A DNA stretch of 64,000 nucleotides, from the NCBI GenBank assembly GCA_964016885.1, contig OZ024749.1, forward strand, positions 15,686,001-15,750,000. The letters are read 5' to 3'. This stretch comes from Eledone cirrhosa (Eukaryota). The stretch's first letter is position 1. Each line of letters opens with the position of its first letter. The notes beneath the pieces were generated by a model that did no database searches, was not told the origin of the DNA, and saw only the letters and a program-made list of their open reading frames with translations. The position numbers and the translations under genes were made by a program. Positions 44,247-57,525 of this stretch are shown here, piece by piece.

Positions 44247-44820
44247 TTGAAGTATCATCTTCGGCTTGTCACGTGATTTATTAAGCTCTCTATGTCTGAC
44301 ATAAGTGTTTAATACATTGAGATTTTGGCTCTTGGTATGAGCGGCTGTTGTATCCTCGCCTGGCTTTATGGTTAGGAAACTCGGCTCACGATCGTAAGGT
44401 TGTGAGTTCGATTCCCGGTAGCGCGCTGCGTCTTTGAGCAAGACATTTTATTTAATGTTGCTCCAGTCCACTCAGCTGGCAAAAAATGAGTTGTACCTGT
44501 AATTCGAAGGGCCAACCTTGTCACATTCTGTGTCACGCCGAATCTCCCTGAGAACTAGGTTATGGGTACAAGTGTCTGTGGAATACTCAGCCACTTGCAC
44601 GTTAATTTACTGAGCAGGCTGTTCAGTTGATAGGATCAGCTGGAACATTCGTCGTGGTACCCGAGGGAGTGCCTTCTATTCTATTCATCTCCTACACACA
44701 TCACACACACACATATATATATATGTACAAATAAAATACAGAGTTATTAACTCATATAGGTACCCTGCAATTAAAACAAGCTCAAAGTATAAATACCGAG
44801 CATTATATAGTAATATATAA

Positions 44821-45005
44821 AGGCGGTGAATTGGCAGTATCGGTAGAGGGTTGGACGCCATGCTTTCTAGCATAGTTACGTCCCTTTACGGTCTGAATTC
44901 AAATCCCGCCAAGGTTAACTTTGCCTTTCATCCTTACGGGGTCGATAAAATAAAGTACCAGTAATGTACTGGGTAATTGCTGGCCTTGTGCCTAAAGTAG
45001 AAACA
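44821..45005 (+). mobile_element. Full-length SINE family 1 copy with TSD
   Basis: GGCGGTGAATTGGCAG 5' end, B-box, core and tail; ATTATATAGTAATATATA duplicated at 44802 and 45006. Confidence 0.85.
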
Positions 45006-45183
45006 ATTATATAGTAATATATATATATAAATAAACACAGTAAATTTCGTGTCTAAAATTACGAGGGTATAAGATACCACTAATGTTTTAAATATTAACC
45101 ATACAGTATGATATATTAATTTTATACTGAGCGTATCAAAAACATTTCATCTATCGGACAGATTTTAGACTCAATATAGATAT

Positions 45184-46272
45184 ACCAGATAGAAAAATGC
45201 GTACAGCAAAAAAAAGTAATATTGTTGGAATATAAACCTTTAAAAATACAGGACAAGAAACTAAAATAAAACTTTAAAAGAATAGGACAAGAAACTAAGA
45301 TAAAACTTTAAAAGAATAGGACAAGAAACTAAGATAAAACTTTAAAGAATTGGACAAGAAATAAAAAAATGTTACAATAATATTAGTGGCAAAATTTTTA
45401 TTGGTAAATAATCGAGTTCCACATTCATAGGCTCTGGGTTCCACATTCAGAGGTCGTCGTCAGACCGGGGGATCATTTGATCCTGGTTTGAACACCAATT
45501 GGGCCATAACCATACCCCTATTTCATCATTCGGCGACACGCCTCATGTGTCATGCATAATGTGAATGGACCCATGGGCCCATGAGCACAGATCTTGAGCA
45601 GCAGCGGACGGTCTTGTCGTCCCGCTCATCCTTGATCTTGACCAACCCGTCCATCTTCTCCTTGCATCTTGTCCTTGAGTTCAAGTCCAGCAGTCCAGAT
45701 GAATGCGTGCCACAGCTTTCTGGTAGAGGAAGGGGGATCAGGAGGACTGGAGGGATGACAGGACAGAGGGAGGGAGGACCGGTGGTTGAGGGAGGTGCCG
45801 TAGTCGGTGGTCAGAGTCGACATCTTGTCCCGATCGTCTTCTCCATCTTCGTCTGGTGTTGCGGGACCAGAAGTGTATTCTTGGAGGAGACCTGCAGCTG
45901 CATCGGCCAATTCTTCTTGCAATGGTTATTCTGACGGAGCAGAACTGCTCAGCCAACCAACCAGAACCAACCGCTCAGGGACAACGCACAATGAGAGCAT
46001 GACAATTATTATGCACTAATCAAGAAGATACTGGGGAATAGCACAGGAAACGAATAAAAAAATTTTGCCACTAATATTATTGTAAATTTTTTTATTTCTT
46101 GTCCAATTCTTTAAAGTTTTATCTTAGTTTCTTGTCCTATTCTTTTAAAGTTTTATCTTAGTTTCTTGTCCTATTCTTTTAAGGTTTTATTTTAGTTTCT
46201 TGTCCTGTATTTTTAAAGGTTTATATTCCAACAATATTACTTTTTTTTGCTGTACGCATTTTCCTATCTGGT
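45184..46272. repeat. ~219-bp inverted arms (each with about four 33-bp internal repeats) around a 650-bp GC-rich insert
   Basis: Arms 45184-45402 and 46053-46272; internal unit AGGACAAGAAACTAAGATAAAACTTTAAAAGAAT. Confidence 0.88.
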
Positions 46273-46545
46273 CTACTATTTTTTAAGGCAATGCAAGCAA
46301 CAACTATCTAATAATTAAATGATCATAGTGAATTACTGACAAGTGATTGACATTTTAAAGTTCTTTTGAGTATAATTGCAATCTAGTCGAGGCAACTGGC
46401 TTAATGACAAAGCTAGTAAATCATGAATGCATTTGTGATGATTAGTGCATAATAGTGAATTAGTGAAACTTGTGCATTTCAATGGTGTTACAACAATAGA
46501 TGTAAGTTATATAGTAGTAATACTTTATCATTTTAACTTTTTAGA

Positions 46546-46905
46546 ATGGACAAAAACCCATGCAAAGAAATGACTTTGACTGCAGTGATTCTCTCCAATT
46601 TACTTACAAAGCAAAACGTGGTCAAATACCTTATCATCTCTGATAAAATGCCCATTGAATCACTGAAAATCGGATGCATGGAATTTCTCATAAAATACAC
46701 CTATGAATCGGAAGCCATCACATATATCAATGGATATAGGGAGTTGTTCACACTGGAAGACCATCACTTCATTTGTGACTTCATCAGTTATCTCCACGAT
46801 TATCTCAGACACCCAATGCCATTGATGAGAGGTGATCCAATGTGTGAGCATGTAACTAATCTTATAGAAGTTGTTATCGACCACCTGGCTTTTAGTGACA
46901 TTTGA
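46546..46905 (+). CDS. Putative exon/ORF encoding a BACK-like helical domain (SPOP C-terminal type)
   Basis: SNLLTKQNVVKYLIISDKMPIESLKIGCMEFL...INGYRELF resembles the BACK pattern L..EN....L..AD......LK..C..FI. Preceded by an acceptor-like TTTTAACTTTTTAG. Recognised by eye only. Confidence 0.4.
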   Translation: MDKNPCKEMTLTAVILSNLLTKQNVVKYLIISDKMPIESLKIGCMEFLIKYTYESEAITYINGYRELFTLEDHHFICDFISYLHDYLRHPMPLMRGDPMCEHVTNLIEVVIDHLAFSDI

Positions 46906-47746
46906 CTGATTTGACTGATAATGATGTATTTTTAAAAAGTATGTGTACATTCTTGTTACTATTTTAAGGCAATGCAAGCAACAACTATTTAATAAAATTT
47001 AAATTTAAAAATGACCATTGTGCATTACTAGTATGATGACATTTTATTAAGTCACAAAATTAGTCAGTTAGCCATAGAACAAGGATCAGGTGGCAAAAAC
47101 ATTGGCAAAAATTTGTGTCAATTTAAGATTTCCAACATTGTTCAAATGAATCATATCTGGTTTGAAGTCAGATTTGTCAAATTTTGACCAATTTTCCATG
47201 TTGTGAAGATTGGGCAAGTTCAATTTTTGAATCATTTCTTTCATGCAGTAATTAAACTTTTCCAAACGTCGTCATTTCTGGATTACCTCCCCTAGCGTCA
47301 CGCTTACTACTCACTCACTTGAACACAAGATTTATCAGAAAACTTTGATTATAAACTTTTTCCCGCTGGACCAAATTTCTAGATTTTTAAGCCAAAAGAT
47401 GCGTAATGATCTACTGTTCATGCTCATATAAGTTTTATCTCAGTTAAATAAAGTAGAGCCGCGCTGTACTGTCGTAAACAGACGATTGCCAACGAAAACA
47501 CGACCACAACAATATTACTAAACGGACTACCGTCCGTTTAGGATATATACGTACGTACATATATGTATACAGACGTGCAGTAGTATGTATATATATACAT
47601 ACATGCACACATATATATATGCACGTATCGGTTTACCGAACATTTATTATAATGCTCGGTTTCTTTGTAAACAAACAAACAGCCCGAATTACGCCGTACA
47701 GTGTTTAGGCAACCACGTTACCTTTTTGTTCAACACTGACACAGGA

Positions 47747-47789
47747 ACGATGTACTAGTTTCAAGCTTATTAGCTATCGTCAGCATCGT
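47747..47789 (-). ncRNA. Type I hammerhead ribozyme (minimal, palindromic stem III)
   Basis: Exact reverse complement of 48309-48351. Confidence 0.88.
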
Positions 47790-48308
47790 ATACCTTCCTG
47801 CCAGATGGTTGAACGTCTGAAAGTATATACTTTCCTTATGTATATTAACGGCTGAGCAGCCTAATTTGCATATCGAGTGAGTTTAGTCGGCCAGGCGCAC
47901 CGAAAACGATAAATGGAATAGAATGAAATGGAATTTCATTTCTCACTCTTAGGCGGCACTTACTTAAATGTAAGTATGTATGTATACGTACATACATATA
48001 TGTATACAGACGTACAGTAGTATGTATATATATACATACATGCACACATATATATATGTACGTATCGGTTTACCGAACATTTATTATAATGCTCGGTTTG
48101 TTTGTAAACGTATACATACATACTTACATTTCAGTAAGTGCCGTACTAAGAGTGAGAAGTGAAATTTCGTTTCATTCTATTCCATTTATCGTTTTCGGTG
48201 CGCCTGGCCGACTAAACTCACTCGATATGCAAATTAGGCTGCTCAGCCGTTAATATGCATAAGGAAAGTATACACTTTCAGACGTTCAACCATCTGGCAG
48301 GAAGGTAT

Positions 48309-48351
48309 ACGATGCTGACGATAGCTAATAAGCTTGAAACTAGTACATCGT
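48309..48351 (+). ncRNA. Type I hammerhead ribozyme (minimal, palindromic stem III)
   Basis: ACGATG-CTGACGA-T-AGCT-AATA-AGCT-T-GAAA-CTA-GTA-CATCGT. 6-bp stem I, ACTAGT palindrome. Confidence 0.9.
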
Positions 48352-48624
48352 TCCTGTGTCAGTGTTGAACAAAATGTAACGTGGTTGCCTAAACAGTGTA
48401 CGGTGTAATTCGGGCTGTTTGTTTGTTTACAAACAAACCGAGCATTATAATAAATGTTCGGTAAACCGATACGTGCATATGTATATGTGTGCATGTACGT
48501 ATATATATACATACTACTGTACGTCTGTATACATATATGTATGTACGTATACATATATACATACTTACATTTAAGTAACTGCCGTACTAAGAGTGAGAAA
48601 TGAAATTTCGTTTCATTCTATTCC

Positions 48625-48684
<60 letters not shown>

Positions 48685-48941
48685 TGTATATATCGTGAAG
48701 GTGCGTGTCTGAGTGGTTAGAAAATTGGATTCACAACCGTAGTTTTTGAGGTCGATTCCCGTTGTGCGTTATGACATTATATATCATGTTGCTCCTTCTG
48801 CCCAGATTTGCATTTGGATAGTATTAACAATTGGAAAGACTAATGGAAACATTGTTTTCTCGTTCCTATTTGACGAGTTCCACCTCACTCGTTAAGCGAG
48901 TGAGGCATGGGATCTTGTTGATCAACTGTTATATATATATA

Positions 48942-49425
48942 TCTAAACTATAATAAAGTAAGGAGTGCGGGACTGCGTACGGTTTATAATTTGTTATCCC
49001 ATTAGTAAAATAAGTTGGATTACTTTGAATAAATAATGAATGAATATTACATAATTTATCTACTAAATTTCGTGACTGTTGATTACATATACTTTGTTTA
49101 TTTAAAGATTCACTTCTTTAACATTTCTGAAATGTCAACACTTCCGGTTGGCCATCGCTTAAATAAACATACTAATTTTCTGTCACTAATTTTCAGCTAA
49201 TGCAGTTTATATATAATATCGTCTTTTTTAATGTATCATGTATTACGTTACTGATTAAATAAGAGAGTGTAACACAGTCTTCGTTCAATTTCTATGTATT
49301 ATATATTGTCAATTACGATTGTATTTGATGTATCATATCTACATGTATATATACCTGCGTATAATATCAATATGCACACTACACATGTTAGCAGAAAACC
49401 GCCCTAAGGGTAGTTTTTCTGCTAG
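48942..49425 (+). mobile_element. Non-autonomous Helitron-like element; second copy 57526-58018 (-)
   Basis: A|TCTAAACTATAATAAAG 5' end, 3' hairpin ending CTAG|T, and a homologous inverted copy. Confidence 0.65.
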
Positions 49426-49595
49426 TGTATATAATACTATACTCCGAGGCACAAGTCCAGGCAAAAATGTTTGTGGAAGACCAGCTCTGACCCATGCATA
49501 CCAATCTCCACGGGAAAGGTAAAGGCTGATACAGCTTGGCCCCAGTGACGTCACAATCCATATATACACTATGTATTTTCTCTCTCTCTATTATA

Positions 49596-49684
<89 letters not shown>

Positions 49685-49691
49685 GTATATA

Positions 49692-49752
<61 letters not shown>

Positions 49753-49763
49753 GTATATATATG

Positions 49764-49812
<49 letters not shown>

Positions 49813-49813
49813 G

Positions 49814-49964
<151 letters not shown>

Positions 49965-49985
49965 GTATATATATGTATATATATG

Positions 49986-50141
<156 letters not shown>

Positions 50142-50356
50142 TAATGTCCAAAGACAAAGTGACGTAACTTAGCTGAGTGAACTGGGACAGCTTTAAGTGT
50201 CTTGCTCAAGGAGACAACACCCCGCCCGGTCTGGGAATCAAACACACAATCACACGATTGTAAGCCCAACATACTAACTACTAAGTCATGCGCCTCCCCC
50301 TTATATATATATATACACACGCAAATATATCTATATATTATCTACAAATATACACA

Positions 50357-50394
<38 letters not shown>

Positions 50395-50947
50395 CACATA
50401 TATATATATACTTATTTACACACAAATATATATATACATTATATACACATTATCTATATATATTACGTATACATACATATTATATACACAACTATATCTA
50501 TATATACTACATATACATATATCCATATATATATGACATACACACACATCTATGTATATTAAACACACACATATAATTTATAATATATATGTGTATATAT
50601 GCTAACACGGTAATGCATACAATTGAGAAAATGAAAACTCAACAAATGTTTGTAGAAGTATATTCTTTATTCATAACTGAAAATCATTGTTTGCTTCTGC
50701 ACGGCATTCAACAAAATTGACTTGGTTCTTTGTTAAAATTCACCATTCTACTCTCTCTCTCTCACTCTCTCAACACTACCAATCTGATAGCTGGCCTAAG
50801 ATGGCTGCCGTAATATCATCGAACGCTCGTTTTATGACTCGCGTTTATAATGGCAACCATTTTGAAGAAGACAAATACACATTTCCTTTTCTAGCTCGTC
50901 TTTTTAAACGTCAGACAACAACAGCAACAACTACATATACAACACCC

Positions 50948-51020
<73 letters not shown>

Positions 51021-51210
51021 AGGGAAATAGAATATACTAAAGTAGAAAAAAAGTGTAACTAAACATAGAAGCATAAGCATAAGAGCAATTACAACAACAA
51101 CAACAACAGACACATAGCTAGATTTGTTGTACAAGTGATCCATGTTCTTTCATTTTTCGGTGGTTAATAAATGAAAGAATTATCATATTTATTACAGCCA
51201 TTATTATTGC

Positions 51211-51264
<54 letters not shown>

Positions 51265-51677
51265 TATCTATAATGAGCTTCAGAATTTTTATCTTTCAAC
51301 GTAAAGAATTGACTGTATTGGAAACGCAATAGAGCTCAACTCATCTCTAAACAGCCCCACCTCTCACCACCACCACCATCACCGCCGACGCCGCCTTATT
51401 TGACCCCAAATGACCGCCGTAATATCGAACTCTCGTTTTATGTGAATCTCATTTTGAAAATGGTTGCAATTATAATGGAGACGTGTTTGGGAAATGGGAT
51501 TTTATTGGTCTCCCCCCTCGTCTCTCCCTCTCCCTTCTACCTCGTCCTCTCTATCTCTCTCCTCCCACTTCCTCTCCTACCTGTCCCCCTCTCTGTCTCT
51601 CTATATATATATGTATATAACGAAGGAGGTGTGGTAAGATGGACCATAACGCACCAGAGTACTCAATACTTAGGGTA

Positions 51678-51792
<115 letters not shown>

Positions 51793-52037
51793 CCTTCTAA
51801 CTGTTCTTCTCTCTTCTACTACCTCCTCTTCTCTCTTTTTTTAGAGCTCATCTCCTATTAACGTATTTATGTATCGATTATTCCCCAAAGATTTTCTATC
51901 TCACTCTCTCTCTCACTTTGTCTATGTATTTCTCTATATCTATCTAAATACATCTCCCATCCCTCTTACCCCCCCCCCACCATATATATATATATATGCG
52001 AGTGTGTGTTTGAATATATCTATACACGTATATGTAC

Positions 52038-52104
<67 letters not shown>

Positions 52105-52291
52105 TTTATACATACATCTATATACTTACATATATATATTTATATATATATATATATATAAATATTTATACATACATCTATATACTTACATATATATATT
52201 TATACATATATACATCTATATATATACATATATATATATACATATATACATATACATATATATATACATACATATACATATGTACACATAG

Positions 52292-52353
<62 letters not shown>

Positions 52354-54046
52354 GTGTATAGATGTATATATGTATATACATACATACATACATCTATATA
52401 CATATATATATATACATCTACATATAAATACATATATATAGATACATATATATTTATACATACATCTCTCTCTATATATATACACTTATATATATACATC
52501 TCTCTCTATATATATACACTTATATATATACATATATACATATTTATATACATGTATGTATATATATATATACATACATACATATATATATGCATACAAA
52601 TATATATGCATGCATATATATATTCATATATATATACGTCTATATATATACATACATATATATGCATACAGCTACATATATTTATATATATATATATATA
52701 TTATATATATATATATTATATATATATACATATACATATATAATATATATATTATATATATATATACATATACATATATATATTATATATATTATATATA
52801 TATATATACATATATATATCATCTATCTAAATATAACCCCTTTTACATCGCTCTACAGCACTCTTTCAATATCCCTTCCACCATACTAATACACCTCCCC
52901 CCACATCTCACCTCCCCCACCTCCCCACCAACTTACCTTCCCACCCGCCATTTTATCTCCAAGTTGTACAAATGTGGACAAAAAAAACAAGCCAACAATT
53001 CTTAATAAAATTGAGTTTATATAATAATTCCTGATATTTACCATTATGTTTCTCCAGCTTTATGGCAGTTTCTGTTACACTGTTAGATGTACCTCCGTAT
53101 ACCCGAGGTATGTGTGTGAGTGTGTGTTGAACATGTGTGTGTGTGTGAGTGTGTGTGCGAGCGTGTGAGTGCGTGTGTGTTTGTGTATGTGCATTTGTGT
53201 GTGTGAGTGTGTGAGCACGTGTGTGTGTTTTATGTGTGTGCGTGCGAGCACGTGTGTGTGTTTGTGTGAGTGTGTGAGCATGTGCGAGTGCGTGCGTGTT
53301 TGCGTATGTGCATTTGTGTGTGTAAGTGTGTGAGCACGTGTGTGTGTGTGTTTTGTGTGAGTGTGCGAGCGTGTGTGTGTGTTTGTGTGAGTGTGGGCAT
53401 GTGTGAGTGCGTGCGTGTTTGTGTATGTGCGTTTGTGTGAGTGCGTGCGTGTTTGTGTATGTGCGTTTGTGTGTGTGAGTGTGTGAGCACGTGTGTGTGT
53501 TTATGTGTTTTTTGTGGGAGTGTGCGAGCATGTGTGTGTTTTCTTGTGTGCTTTGCTCTTTAAAGGATAGAGAATTGTATATGTGTGTGTATGTGTATTA
53601 TATCAGTTTTGCTTTGTGTTCGTGAGGTGTGTATGTGTGGGCAATACTGCTCTTTAAAGGGTAGAGAAATGTGTAATGTGTATTATATCATTTTCACTTT
53701 TAAATTTCAGGTGTGTATGTGTGGGCAATACTGCTCTTTAAAGGGTAGAGAAATGTATAATGTATATTATATCATTTTCACTTTTAAACTTCATGTGTGT
53801 ATGTGTGAGCAATACAGCTATTTAAAGGATAGAGAAATGTGTATGTGTATGATATCAGTGCTGTGTTGTTGTAGAACTAGTTTTGTCGTTACTGGTATTT
53901 CTCTGTTGTGTAGAGTAAGGCCTAATGTGGACGGGGAGAAGGACGGCAGTTGTGTAGAATATAAGTTGTGAATTGTTGGTGCTGTTGTTTAATGGAGTTT
54001 CATGTGTTGATTTTGAGGGCTATGTTGTGTGTGTGTATACATATAC

Positions 54047-54108
<62 letters not shown>

Positions 54109-54468
54109 CATGCATATGCATATATATATATATGTTTGTATAATCCCGTAATTCCTGATGGAGACGTAAAGGCGTTGTATTGACATATACGGCGTTTCTT
54201 GGACATTTCTAAACCTGGTGAAGCCCACCCTTCTCCATGTACAGCAGATTTCTTCCAGAGAACGCTAGAGAAAGTGAGAGAGGGGAAGTGAGAAAGAGGT
54301 TGAGAGGAAGAATCCATCTCAGCACTTAATTGGTACTTTTTTATTGACCTCGAAAGGATGAAAGGCAAAGTTGATATCGGCGGGATTTGAACTCAGAGAG
54401 CAGAGAGCCGGGACGAATACCACAAGGTATTCTATCCGACGTTCTATCACCTTATATATATATATATA

Positions 54469-54520
<52 letters not shown>

Positions 54521-54659
54521 GGAACGAGTAGGACCCCGACGGCTGAGCTCAAGCCGTTTCGACGGCTAATTCTGGACTAAAATTACCCACTCTACTACCC
54601 TAAGTATTGAATACTTTGGTGCGTTATGGTCCACTTGGTTCCTTACCACATTTCCTTCG

Positions 54660-54692
<33 letters not shown>

Positions 54693-54837
54693 AAATTAAC
54701 AGATTAAAGTTTAAGTTTTAATAAATGTTTGCTCTATGGTTTTATATATTTTGATATATATTTATCCTTATCCAGCCCTCTTCGGATTTTGGTCTTCACA
54801 TTTATTATTATTACTATACATATATATATATATATGC

Positions 54838-54871
<34 letters not shown>

Positions 54872-55235
54872 GCAAAAGTTTTATATAAAATTGTTGGGTT
54901 ACAACAAGTAAATATTATATAACTGATATAAAGCACTCGACAAGTTTTGGAGTAGATATACGATATTAAACAAATGGAAACTATATTTATAAAACCATAT
55001 TTATTTCATTATACATATTTCGGGGATACCATATTAAAAATATGTATAATGAAATAAATATGGTTTTATAAATATAGTTTCCATTTGTTTAATATCGTAT
55101 GTATATATATATATGTGTGTGTGTGTCTACATATATTTGCACGCAAGATATATAAACATAAGATCCTCTTGCAAAAAAGAAGAAAAACAAAGGAAAGACT
55201 GTAAGAAACAAATAAAGGTAGGAAGGAAGTAGAGG

Positions 55236-55280
<45 letters not shown>

Positions 55281-55454
55281 AAAAGTAACGAAGATCGCTG
55301 GTATAAATACAGCGTCACCCGGCCATCGTCTAGCTCACTTCATGAATCTGGTGAATTGCAGTAATACAGCTGCAATCAACTGTTTAGAGTGTACACAGTT
55401 TACTGTAGACATGTTGGTTGTCTTCAGTTAGAGATAGATGTAAATATCTCAATT

Positions 55455-55577
55455 CCTGGACGATCGTTTCTATGTAATATAACTTTACAAATGCAGATAT
55501 TACTTTTGTAATGTTCAGAAAATCATACAAAATCAGCGGATATTTACGTAATCGGGCTATTAAACGTCTTCAGCAGG
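55455..55577 (-). ncRNA. Type I hammerhead motif with expanded stem II (96 nt)
   Basis: Minus strand: CCTG-CTGAAGA-C...TA-GAAA-CGATC-GTC-CAGG; same junction layout as the 21.6k motif. Confidence 0.7.
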
Positions 55578-55582
55578 GTTGC

Positions 55583-55618
<36 letters not shown>

Positions 55619-55659
55619 TATATTGTTATATTTGGGAGTTATATATGTGTGTTTGTGTA

Positions 55660-55745
<86 letters not shown>

Positions 55746-55901
55746 TATATTGTTATATTTGGGAGTTATATATGTGTGTTTGTGTATGTGTGTGTGTGTG
55801 TATATATATATATACATATGTGTATGTCTGCGTATGTATGTGTGAAATTGTATATATTTATGTATGTGCATATTTATATGTAGACCTGAATATTTATGCC
55901 T

Positions 55902-55932
<31 letters not shown>

Positions 55933-56645
55933 TGTGTGTGTGTATACGCGCAGAGTGAAAAGCTTTATTCGTTCACACATGTATCCTTAATATAATTTTC
56001 ATGGAGATTCAAGATGCTACAGTGTGTGACAAACTGGCCCTTTGAATGCCATGTACAGTCCATAAGACTGGCTTCCAAACAGTTCCCGTCTACCAAATGT
56101 ATATCATGCGGCTTAGGTCTAACCAATCTGTAGTAAAGATTACTTAACCAAGATACGATACAGTGAGACCGAAGACGGAAAGGAAAGGAGCTGATTACTG
56201 GTACTATCTGTCAATCACAACAGCTGGAAGAAGAAAGGAGCTGATCATCAGATTGGACCACTGAAACAATGTTTCAATTGGTCCAATCTGATGATACTAT
56301 CTGTCATTTTATCGATCTCGAAAGAATGTTAGTCTATGTTGACCTCGAAAGGGTTCGAACTCAGAATAGAGAGAACCAGAACCAATGCTGAGGTATTTAA
56401 TCCACTCTAATGACTCTCAGTTCTAAGTTGTTCAGTATTTATTTGGCCATGTCCGCACCAACAACAGAGAATATAGCAGACGACAGAAAATAGAGAGAAA
56501 GAAAAAGTATGTTGAGGAGAGATTGGGGAAAAAGACAGAAGAGAGAATAGAGATGGACGGACGGGAAGACAGATCAACAAGGTGTGAAAGTGTGTTTGAG
56601 AGAGAGAGAGAGAGAGGGGGGGAGACAATGTGTGTGTGTCTGTAC

Positions 56646-56684
<39 letters not shown>

Positions 56685-56707
56685 AGACAATGTGTGTGTG
56701 TCTGTAC

Positions 56708-56753
<46 letters not shown>

Positions 56754-56837
56754 GAATGAGTTAGGAATAACGTAATATAGAAATAGAATATTGGAATATT
56801 GGTATCAGAGGAAAGGTGTGGGGTGGAATCTAAACTG

Positions 56838-57310
56838 ATTTGAGAGTGATGGTGGTGGTGATGGTGGTGGTGGCGGCGGTGGTTGTGGTGGCGGCGACTA
56901 TAAGGAGATTTGAGAGTGGTGGTGGTGGTGGTGGTGACTATAGGGAGGTTTGAGAGTGGTGCTGGTGGTGGTGGTGGCGGCGGTGGCTGTGGTGGCGGAG
57001 ACTATAGGGAGGTTTGAGAGGGTGGTGGTGATGGTGGTGGTGACGGCGGCGGTTGTTGTGGTGGCGGCGACTATAGGGAGGTTTGAGAGGGTGGTGGGGG
57101 TGACTATAGGAAGGTTTGAGAGTGGTGGTGGTGGTGGCGGCGGTGGTGGTGGCGGTGACTATATGGAGGTTTGAGAGGGTGGTGGTCGTGGTGGTGATGG
57201 TGGCGGTGACTATAGGGAGGTTTGAGAGTGGTGGTGGTGGTGGCGGTGACTATAGGGAGAGTTGAGAGGGTGGTGGTGGTGGGGTGACTATTGGGAGATT
57301 TGAGAGTGTG
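56838..57310. repeat. Minisatellite GACTATAGGGAGGTTTGAGAG(TGG)n
   Basis: About nine variable-length units. Confidence 0.88.
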
Positions 57311-57374
57311 CGGTGGAGAATAGAGAAAAGAGGTTCTCAAAGTATATTCGTGTACATATATGTTTGCATACACA

Positions 57375-57488
57375 ATAAAAAAATATAAACAAACGTATTT
57401 ATTTCACGAGGCTCGATAAGGATAAATATATATCAAATATATAAGAACCCTAGAGCAAATCCCGAGCAACGCCGGGCCATTCTGCTAG
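57375..57488 (+). mobile_element. Helitron-like 3' end fragment
   Basis: CCCGAGCAACGCCGGG hairpin followed by TCTGCTAG|T. Confidence 0.5.
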
Positions 57489-57525
57489 TTATATATAAAT
57501 TAACGATTTAATTTATTATATCAGA

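Larger units (their letters stand above)
47545..48630. mobile_element. Non-coding ~437-441-bp HHR-containing monomer in tandem then inverted array (retrozyme-like)
   Basis: Period 437 (47571 to 48008) then inverted with period 441 (48140 to 48581). One HHR per monomer. Fragments at about 31105-31160, 31635-31825, 43858-43915. Confidence 0.75.

Noticed and set aside
44360-44440. tRNA-like A/B boxes
   Set aside because: SINE head continuing into SINE body; no full cloverleaf.
56244-56295. CTGATGA and GAAAC inside a hairpin
   Set aside because: Order and pairing do not form an HHR; it resembles repeat-tail sequence seen at about 33k.
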